NCBI GenBank assembly: GCA_046290225.1
Contig: JBKAGE010000078.1
Location: forward strand, 141,460 to 205,459
Direction of reading: 5' to 3'
DNA from: Bradymonadia bacterium
GTDB taxonomy: Bacteria > Myxococcota_A > Bradymonadia > UBA7976 > UBA1532
Length of the DNA: 64,000 nucleotides
Below, piece by piece: positions 56,906-64,000 of the stretch. A model generated the notes under the pieces. The model ran no database searches. It was not told the origin of the DNA and saw only the letters and a program-made list of their open reading frames with translations. How positions within the stretch are numbered: the stretch's first letter is position 1; each line of letters opens with the position of its first letter. The position numbers were made by a program, and so were the translations under genes.

Positions 56906-59900
56906 TTAATCGGTGGTGTGGCCCACGACCTTGCGGAGGTAGCGGAGGTCGGACATCAGGTCCACCATCTCGCCCAGGCGGCGCTCAGCCTCCTGGTAAT
57001 CAGAGAGGCGAGCCGCGATCTCGGCGTCGGTGAACTCGGGGATCACCACCTCGCCATTCTCGTCCTCACTGGGCAGGGTCTCCTGCCAGGCGTCGAAGGC
57101 CGCCGTCCACTCACCGTCGACGTAGGCCTGAGCGCGGGTCAGCAGCTCGAAGCTGATGGACCCGCCCTCGTAGGTCTCGGGGGCCTTGTAGGTGAGGCCA
57201 GTGGTCGGGTGCACGAAGGTGGCCACCGGGGTGCCCTCGACGAACTGACGATCCTCGCCAGAGCCCGCCTCGATCACCGTGATGTACTCCACGAAGTCGT
57301 TCTTGGCGTCGTAGGTCGAGGTGTTGAACACCGCGCTCATGAGCAGGCCACGCCATGCGATGGAGTAAGGTAGGCCCGACTGCAGGCGGGGCATGCCCTC
57401 GGTCTCCGGAGCGAGGCCCGTACCGAAGGTGTTGTAGTCGATGAGGCGGGGGGGCACCACGCCGTCCTGGCTGATGGCGCTGTTGAACGAAGTCGCCTCG
57501 CGATCACCGAGCATGCTGAACACCATGTCGCGGATCAGGTTCACGATCTCGGGACGGAAGGTGCGGTAGTAGCCGATGGAGAACCGACGGCTGTCACCGA
57601 GCCAGGCCCGGAAGAACAGCGAGCTGGTGTCGAACATCGACAGCAGGAAGTTGGCCTTGTCGTAGTAGGTACCGATGTAGTCGACGTACCCGAGGTACTG
57701 ATCGCTGAACTCGATGTTCTGCTTGCGACCCACACCCTCGGCGATCTCGATGCTGTCGGCCTCACAGGCCTCGCGATCCATGAAGCCCGCAGGCATGTAG
57801 ACGTTCTCGTCGGCGCTCAGGCAGTAACGCCCGGGCTCGGGAATGCCCAACACCTGGCTGATGAAGTTCAGGCCCAGCACCACCGACTGCAACATGTCCT
57901 GCTCCAGGTACAGCTCGCTGTACTGGTAGAAGTAGTAGAAGCGGAAGGGGTAGGTCAGGTAGGCCTGCAGCCGGCTCTGGCGACCGAAGAAGCCGTTGAT
58001 GAAGCTGAACTCCGTCCGGCCGCGACGGTAGTTGTTGAACATGTAGTAGTTCCAGTAGTTCTGGATGGCCGATGCCACAGCTTCAGTATGGTTGGCGCCC
58101 TCGTCCCAGGTGCGGCAGGTCAGGTTGCCGTTGTAGATGTCGGCGCAGTACTCGTAGGGCACAGTGCGGTCGATCCACCACTCGTCGGCGTTGATGCGAC
58201 GGTTGCCGGTGAGCATCTCGGTGTTGCGGAGCACACCGTCGACACGCTGCTGGAGCAGGTCGTCGAAGAGCACGTCCTTGCGGGCGTTGAAGTTCTCGCT
58301 GCCACCGAAGAGGGACGGCAGGTGCTCGAAGCCGTGGATGAGGTTCGAGATGAAGGGCGCGTAGTACACCACCTTGGGCACCACGTTCTCGTCCCAAGCC
58401 TCCACTTGGCGGAAGTAGCCGAACTTGACGGCGGCGTAGTCGTACTTGCCGAGGCCCTTGGTGTCGCTGTGGAAGCGACCGCCGTAGTCCATGATCGAGC
58501 CGTACTGGTACTCGGGCAGGCGCTCGTTCTTCCACTCAGCAGGGTCGACGTTCTGACGGATCTGCCAGTACTCGTCCTGGTAGTTCAGGCTGTCGAAGCT
58601 CGAGGCGAAGTTGTGGGTCAGACCCACAGTGTGGCCGATCTCGTGGAGCATGACGGCCTTGTAAATCTCCCGACGCAGGGTCTGGTAGATGACCTCAGGA
58701 TCCTCACCACGCAGGGACAAAGCCAGGCCGATGACCGAGTCGTCCATGAACTCGGGCAGGTACATGTTGCGGTCCATGAAGAACTTGTCGCGACCCTGAA
58801 GCTGCTCACGCAGACGACCGGGCTGCAACGCGATGTCCATGGCGAGATCCTCGACGTCGATGTCTTCCATGCCGGGGCCCTTGAGCTTCTCGGCGAGGAT
58901 GAGATCACTGTCGGTGAGGAGCAGCGAGCGCATGCGGGGATCAGCCTTGGCGCGGTCAAGGCGCACCTGAGCTTCGTCGGCGATGGCGCCACCGGCCTCC
59001 ATGAAGGACGCGCTGTTGTCGCCGAGGCGACCCTTGGCGAACTCCATGGCCATGGCGGGGTTGAGCTTCTGAGTCAGCTGAGTGATGGGGTCGAAGCCCT
59101 CGTCGAGGCGCTGAGAACCCATGCGACGGCGGACCTCGTCCTGCAGGTCAGCGGTGAGGAACTGAGGCTGGCCAGCAACGTTGGGGGTGTCGTCGACCCA
59201 GTTGTTGTAGCTCTCGCCGCTGATCAGGCCGCCGACGTACTCGTCGTCGTTGATGGCCAGGACGATGTCGGCGGCGTAGCGAGCGTAGCGATCGACAGCG
59301 GCGCCGTAGACGTAGGCGTTGCCGCTGATGATCTCGCCGGTCTCGGGATCCTTGGAGCTGGGGCCGAAGCCGAGGGGGCCGCCGGCCTGATCCTCGTTGA
59401 CCCAGTAGACGTAGCTGTAACGCACGTCACCGACCTGCTGCCACTCGAAGCTCTGAGCGAGACCGCGCTTGACGCTCTCGTTGCGCAGGCCGGAGCAGGT
59501 GCGGATGAACATCTTGGTGGGGCTGTCCTCCTTGAGGCCCTCGCCGTAGGTGGCCTCTTCGACCACGCTCTCCATCTCGGGGTAGAGCCCGAGGTAACGC
59601 TGAACGCCAGCGTAGGAGCAGTTGTTCTCGCGGATCTGGAACAGGGCCCGCTGATCGTAGTCACCGGTGAGGAAGATGCCGAAGTCGCCGCTGGCCTCGT
59701 AGTCGGCGGCGAGCTGGCTCTCGATCTCCTCGCGGCTCTTGCCGGTGGCGGACATGGCGCCGGCCATGTAGGCCTCGTTCCAGTCCTGACCGATCTCCAC
59801 GGTGAGGGCCTTGAGATCCTCGGGGTACTCCACGTTCAGGTAGTAGACGATGGGCTGCAGCTCGCGCTCCGACATGGGGAGCTCGACCTTGTTGCCCTCG

Positions 59901-61177
59901 TCGTCCCGCATGACGTTGCCCTCGGCGTCCAGCTCATAGCTGGTCTTGAAGACGCGGTGCACGGTGGCGTTGAACTCGCGGTTCTCATCGATGGTGCCGA
60001 GGCGGCGGTCGTAGCCGAAGCGCTCGGTGCGGAAGTAGCCGAAGCGACCGAACTGCTCCTCGGTGACCACGCTGCGGCAGTCGTTCTCGAGGTCGAGCCA
60101 GTCGGGGGAGATGACGCCGTCGAGGTACTCCTTCAGCGCGGGGGTACAGGCGAAGTCCACGAGCAGAGCGGTGCACTCGCCGGCCATGCAGGCGCGGCCC
60201 GGGCCACACTGGTCGTTGCTCTCGCACTGCTCGGCGCAGATGCCGCTGTCACCCTGGATGATGCAGGTGGCGTCCTCACCACACTGCACGGGGGTGTCAC
60301 AGCTCTCGCCGAGGTTGCGCACGCTGGTGGCGTTGGCCTCGATGGCGAAGATGGTGTCCACGGGCAGGCCGATGGTGCGCACCTTGCGCTTGTTCTCGTC
60401 ACGGGCCTCGACGATGTCGGCATAGTCCCGGGGCTGGAACTTTTCGATGTCGTTGGGGTTCACCCGGTGGAACGAGTGCCGCAGCCGGACCTCGCCGGTG
60501 CCGCAGTTGAAGTTCCCGTAGGTGAAGTAGCAGTTGTAGGTCAGATCTTGAATCGTGTAGGTCTGCGTGATCTGGATGTAATCATCGGTGACGATGAGCG
60601 CATCAGGATCGAAGGTCTCGGTCTCGCGAACGAAGTCCTTGCTGCCGCCGTTGGCGTCGAAGCTCAACACGAAGTCCATGTAACCGGTGAAGTCGGACCC
60701 GCTGTTGATCGACGTCGGCGAGGCCCAGTCCACCCGAACATAGTCACGCTCGTACCAGGGACGATCGCTGGTGTTCTCGGAGATGACGTTCGACCGCTCA
60801 CCGGTGGTGGCGTTGTACTCACGGATGATGTCGAAGTAGTTCACCGGCCAGCCGATGACCGGATCACCCTGAAGCTCGCCGCCAGGCAGGGCCTCATCTT
60901 CGTTGAGCCCGGGGACCGACTCGTAGAGCCGGCGCACCTCGAGACCACCGTTGGTGAAGTCGAACTTCACCTTCTCCAGGTTGCCTTCGAGGCCCTGGAA
61001 GACGATGTCGGCCACCTCGGGGGCAACCTCGACCACCGTCTGACGGTAGTACCACTCACCCTCGAACATGCTCTTCTGCTGATAGTGGGGCTGCACCTTG
61101 TTGATGTCTTCAACAGGCTCAGCACACCCGAAGCCCATGACGGTCAACATGGCCATGGACAGAGTGATGCGCCTCAT
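56906..61177 (-). CDS. giant secreted zinc metalloprotease (metzincin-like; HEIGHTVGLTHNF motif) with N-terminal Cys-rich EGF-like insert
   Basis: Start chosen at MRRITLSMAMLTVMGFGC (signal/lipobox) after a GAGGGAG RBS. HEIGHTVGLTHNFASSFD zinc site. Cys-rich CDTPVQCGEDATCIIQGDSGICAEQCESNDQCGPGRAC. Paralogous to the downstream gene. Confidence 0.65.
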   Translation of the reverse strand: MRRITLSMAMLTVMGFGCAEPVEDINKVQPHYQQKSMFEGEWYYRQTVVEVAPEVADIVFQGLEGNLEKVKFDFTNGGLEVRRLYESVPGLNEDEALPGGELQGDPVIGWPVNYFDIIREYNATTGERSNVISENTSDRPWYERDYVRVDWASPTSINSGSDFTGYMDFVLSFDANGGSKDFVRETETFDPDALIVTDDYIQITQTYTIQDLTYNCYFTYGNFNCGTGEVRLRHSFHRVNPNDIEKFQPRDYADIVEARDENKRKVRTIGLPVDTIFAIEANATSVRNLGESCDTPVQCGEDATCIIQGDSGICAEQCESNDQCGPGRACMAGECTALLVDFACTPALKEYLDGVISPDWLDLENDCRSVVTEEQFGRFGYFRTERFGYDRRLGTIDENREFNATVHRVFKTSYELDAEGNVMRDDEGNKVELPMSERELQPIVYYLNVEYPEDLKALTVEIGQDWNEAYMAGAMSATGKSREEIESQLAADYEASGDFGIFLTGDYDQRALFQIRENNCSYAGVQRYLGLYPEMESVVEEATYGEGLKEDSPTKMFIRTCSGLRNESVKRGLAQSFEWQQVGDVRYSYVYWVNEDQAGGPLGFGPSSKDPETGEIISGNAYVYGAAVDRYARYAADIVLAINDDEYVGGLISGESYNNWVDDTPNVAGQPQFLTADLQDEVRRRMGSQRLDEGFDPITQLTQKLNPAMAMEFAKGRLGDNSASFMEAGGAIADEAQVRLDRAKADPRMRSLLLTDSDLILAEKLKGPGMEDIDVEDLAMDIALQPGRLREQLQGRDKFFMDRNMYLPEFMDDSVIGLALSLRGEDPEVIYQTLRREIYKAVMLHEIGHTVGLTHNFASSFDSLNYQDEYWQIRQNVDPAEWKNERLPEYQYGSIMDYGGRFHSDTKGLGKYDYAAVKFGYFRQVEAWDENVVPKVVYYAPFISNLIHGFEHLPSLFGGSENFNARKDVLFDDLLQQRVDGVLRNTEMLTGNRRINADEWWIDRTVPYEYCADIYNGNLTCRTWDEGANHTEAVASAIQNYWNYYMFNNYRRGRTEFSFINGFFGRQSRLQAYLTYPFRFYYFYQYSELYLEQDMLQSVVLGLNFISQVLGIPEPGRYCLSADENVYMPAGFMDREACEADSIEIAEGVGRKQNIEFSDQYLGYVDYIGTYYDKANFLLSMFDTSSLFFRAWLGDSRRFSIGYYRTFRPEIVNLIRDMVFSMLGDREATSFNSAISQDGVVPPRLIDYNTFGTGLAPETEGMPRLQSGLPYSIAWRGLLMSAVFNTSTYDAKNDFVEYITVIEAGSGEDRQFVEGTPVATFVHPTTGLTYKAPETYEGGSISFELLTRAQAYVDGEWTAAFDAWQETLPSEDENGEVVIPEFTDAEIAARLSDYQEAERRLGEMVDLMSDLRYLRKVVGHTTD

Positions 61178-61263
61178 CGGGGCTCCCTCTCGAAACGTGC
61201 TCGCGCCCTCATCGAGGGGGGCGGATTGAAAGGTCTTGAACCAGTTCATCTTCTCTCCTCCTC

Positions 61264-63999
61264 TCAGCGGGTGACGGGGTTGTGCAGTTCGTCGATGACC
61301 CGAGTGAAGAACCGCATGTCGTCCATGAGCTCCACGAACTCGAGGAGTTCCTCGGTCTGCTGCTCGAGCAGCTCACGACGGGCGGGATCGCTGGGGTCTT
61401 GATCGTAGCTGTTCTTCGCGGGCTGCCAGTCGTTCGCCAGTCGGCGGTTGGCCTGCAACACCAGGTCGTAGGCCACCGACAGGCCGTCGGTGGTCTGTAC
61501 GGCCTCGTAGATGGCGCCGTTCAGAGGGTTCTCGAAGGTGGCCACCTCGACCACATCGCGGTCGATCTCGGCACCGTCGATGGAGCCCTGCTCGAAGATA
61601 CGAATGTAGTTCACGAAGTCGGTCTGACGGTCGTTGGTGCTCGTGGCGAGGACCGTGGCGTAGAACATGGTGTTCTGCAGGATGTCGTAGGACATGCGAC
61701 CGTAGACCAGAGGCGCGTTGGCCATGGCGTCGGCGTTGGGATCTTCCAGGTTGAAGTTCTCCGCGCTCACCAGCGGGCTCGGGGTGACCACGCCCTTGTT
61801 GTCGACGCGGTTGTAGAACCCGAAGGTGCCCACGAAGCCCTGACCAGCAAACAACATGTCACGCACCAGGTTCACCAGCTCGGGGCGGAACGACCGGTAG
61901 TAGTTGATGCTGAAGCGGCGCTCGTCGCTCTCGTCGCCCCACCGGAAGAACCGGGTGTTGGAGTCGAAGAGATGGAAGACGATGCTGGACTTGTCGTAGT
62001 AGGTGCCCAGGTAGTCGATGTTGTAGAAGTACTGGTCATCGAAATCGAGGCTGAAGTCACGGCCGAGGCCGAGGCCGACGTCGATGCCCTTGGGGTACCC
62101 GTTGGTGTTCAGGTCGTCGGTGCAGTCGAAGGGATCGATGAGCCCGGTGAACCCGTTGGGGAAGTACTGGTTGAACTGGCTGCTGTAGCAGTAGCGGCCC
62201 GGCTCGGGGGTGGCGAGCACCTGCTGAACGAAGTTCAAGCCGATGAGTGACGCCTGGAGCAGATCCTCGGGCAGGTCGAAGCCGGCCTCGTACACCTCGG
62301 GGTTATCGTAGGCGTAGTAGAACTGGTAGAAGTTCCAGGGGTACACGAGGTACTCGGCGAGACGCGCCTGACGGCCGAAGTAGCCGTTGATGAAGGAGTA
62401 CTCGTTGCGGCCCCGGCGGTAGTTGTTGAACAGGAAGTAGTTCCAGTAACGCTGAATCGCCGACTCCACCGCCTCGGTGTGAGAGGGGCCGTCGTCCCAG
62501 GTACGGCACCACAGGTCACCGCGGTACTCGTCAGAGCAGAAGTAATAGGGCACGACGCGGTCCCACCAGTAATCGGTGACGGCGCGATCGGGGTTCTCCA
62601 CGAAGAGCTCGGCGTTGCGCACGATGCCCTCGGCACGATCGGCCATGACGTCGTCCACGCCGACATCGGTGCGGCGGTTGAAGTTGTCGGTGGAGCCCAT
62701 CAGCTCGGGCAGCTTGGTGTAGCTGGTCATCTCCCGCACAGCCTTGAAGTTCGGCGGCACGGTGACATCGTCTTCGAAGGCCTCGAGCTTGCCGCCGTAC
62801 ACCATCTTGATGGCGGCGGTGTCGTACTTGCCAAGGCCCTTGGTGTCGGAGTTGAAGCGGCTGCCGTAATCCATGATGGAGGCGTAGCGGTACTCAGGGG
62901 AGCGAGCCTCGAAGCGCTGGCGGCGGTTGGCGGCGGTGGCCGCGGCGTCGCCCTCGACGTCGGGGTACTGGGCCCGGATGTCCCAGTACTCGTCCTGGTA
63001 GTTCAAGGCGTCGAAGCTGGCCTTGAAGTTGTGGCGCAGACCGACGGTGTGGCCGATCTCGTGCAGCTGCACGGCCAAATAGATCTCCTCGCGGAGCTGA
63101 CGCCACAGGGTCTCGGCGTCGAGATCCTTGAGGGCGAGCGCCTGACCGACGATGGCGTCATCGAGGAAGCTGGCCATGTACACGTTGTGCTCGGCGAGGA
63201 ACGCGTTGCGCGCCTCACGGGCCTCGTTGAACTTGGCGGGGTTGGTCACCATGTCGAAGGCCATCTTCGACATCTCTTCGGAGACGTCGTCACCGGGGGA
63301 CCAGTTGAAGAAGGGCGAGACCAGGGCGAGCATCTGGGGCGTCACCAGACGGGCGCGGATCTCGGGATCCTCGCGGAGCTGCTCGAGCATCTGCTGGCCG
63401 CTGCTCACGGGGCTGAGCACAGCCTGACCGAAGGGGTCATTCTGGCTGGGGTTCTTCACGCGATCCCGCATGTGGCGCATCATCGCCGCGGGGTTGAAGG
63501 TGCCGTCGGCGGCGACGAACTTGCGGAAGCCGGGGATGTCGGTGGTGCCGATGCGGGCCTGAATGGCCTGCTTCAACGCCGGGGTCATCTCCACCCGCAG
63601 GCCGGACTCGGTGGTGCCCTGCTGGTTCTCGATCCACTCGAGGTAGCTGATGCCCTCACGCAGGTCGAGGGGGAGGAAGCCCTCCTCACCGTTGAGGGCC
63701 AGCACGGTGTCGGCGGCGCTGCGGGCGTAGCTGTCGACGGCGGCGCCGTAGACGTGGGCGTTGCCTGACATGATCTGGCCAGTGAGAGGATCGGCGCTGG
63801 AGGGGCCATAGCCCAAGGGGCCCACAGGCTGGGACTCGTTCACCCACACCACGTAGCTGTTGCGGGGATCACCGAGCTGCTGCCACTGGAAGATGTCCTC
63901 CTTGGCGTAGTTCCACTCGGTGGAGAAGTAGTTCAGCCCGGAGCAGACGCGCTCGAGGTTGCCGGGGAGCACCCCCTGCCCTTCGCTGGCGTCGGCCAC
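61264..63999 (-). CDS. giant secreted zinc metalloprotease paralog (HEIGHTVGLRHNF motif); 5' end beyond the window
   Basis: Frame open to the window end. Collinear with 56906..61177 (WVNE.Q..GPLG.GPSS.DP.TG.I.SGNA.VYGAAVD.YAR). HEIGHTVGLRHNFKASFD. Confidence 0.65.
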   Translation of the reverse strand: MADASEGQGVLPGNLERVCSGLNYFSTEWNYAKEDIFQWQQLGDPRNSYVVWVNESQPVGPLGYGPSSADPLTGQIMSGNAHVYGAAVDSYARSAADTVLALNGEEGFLPLDLREGISYLEWIENQQGTTESGLRVEMTPALKQAIQARIGTTDIPGFRKFVAADGTFNPAAMMRHMRDRVKNPSQNDPFGQAVLSPVSSGQQMLEQLREDPEIRARLVTPQMLALVSPFFNWSPGDDVSEEMSKMAFDMVTNPAKFNEAREARNAFLAEHNVYMASFLDDAIVGQALALKDLDAETLWRQLREEIYLAVQLHEIGHTVGLRHNFKASFDALNYQDEYWDIRAQYPDVEGDAAATAANRRQRFEARSPEYRYASIMDYGSRFNSDTKGLGKYDTAAIKMVYGGKLEAFEDDVTVPPNFKAVREMTSYTKLPELMGSTDNFNRRTDVGVDDVMADRAEGIVRNAELFVENPDRAVTDYWWDRVVPYYFCSDEYRGDLWCRTWDDGPSHTEAVESAIQRYWNYFLFNNYRRGRNEYSFINGYFGRQARLAEYLVYPWNFYQFYYAYDNPEVYEAGFDLPEDLLQASLIGLNFVQQVLATPEPGRYCYSSQFNQYFPNGFTGLIDPFDCTDDLNTNGYPKGIDVGLGLGRDFSLDFDDQYFYNIDYLGTYYDKSSIVFHLFDSNTRFFRWGDESDERRFSINYYRSFRPELVNLVRDMLFAGQGFVGTFGFYNRVDNKGVVTPSPLVSAENFNLEDPNADAMANAPLVYGRMSYDILQNTMFYATVLATSTNDRQTDFVNYIRIFEQGSIDGAEIDRDVVEVATFENPLNGAIYEAVQTTDGLSVAYDLVLQANRRLANDWQPAKNSYDQDPSDPARRELLEQQTEELLEFVELMDDMRFFTRVIDELHNPVTR

Positions 64000-64000
64000 G

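Noticed and set aside
1-64000. Mobile elements, integrases, prophage or toxin-antitoxin pairs
   Set aside because: I recognise no transposase, integrase, phage-structural or TA-like ORFs. Apart from the AT-rich island and the coding repeats, GC content appears uniform by eye, so I see no evidence of a horizontally acquired island.

Overview
This is a 64-kb, roughly 68-70% GC, densely coding chromosomal segment with about 49 protein-coding genes. I found no rRNA, tRNA, CRISPR array, transposase or integrase. The gene content (several Hanks-type Ser/Thr kinases with zinc-ribbon, TolA-like and PEGA modules, a sigma54 enhancer-binding protein, PilZ, MoxR/vWA, a prenyltransferase-repeat protein, giant secreted metzincins) suggests a myxobacterium-like deltaproteobacterium, but that is inference only. 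Recognisable housekeeping genes are speA, glyA, dapD, folD-gcvT-gcvH, clpB, sppA, and rlmD- and rlmI-like methyltransferases. The accessory content I would look at first is: (1) an ~11-kb minus-strand gene chain with a MoxR-DUF58-BatA/vWA core extended by an ABC ATPase and a secreted prenyltransferase/squalene-cyclase-repeat protein; seven of its eight junctions are start/stop overlaps or 1-nt gaps and one is a 77-nt gap; (2) an atypical radical-SAM-like gene (CX21CX2C) plus an HTH-PilZ gene directly upstream of folD-gcvTH; (3) a KamA-family radical SAM gene next to a QueD homolog in which all three zinc-ligand histidines are replaced; (4) tandem giant secreted metzincin paralogs next to clpB; (5) a STAND-TPR-sigma54 activator coupled to a repeat-containing lipoprotein; (6) an internally deleted DUF62 (SAM hydroxide adenosyltransferase) mini-ORF; (7) two large secreted proteins with a possible transglutaminase-like Cys-His-Asp core. 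I refined many start codons by hand (signal peptides, RBS, ATGA/GTGA overlaps), so they may differ from the ORF track. One start-to-stop overlap check came out shifted by 1 nt when read against the printed line numbering, so some hand-counted coordinates may be off by 1 nt. No database search was possible, so every family call rests on motifs I recognised by eye.
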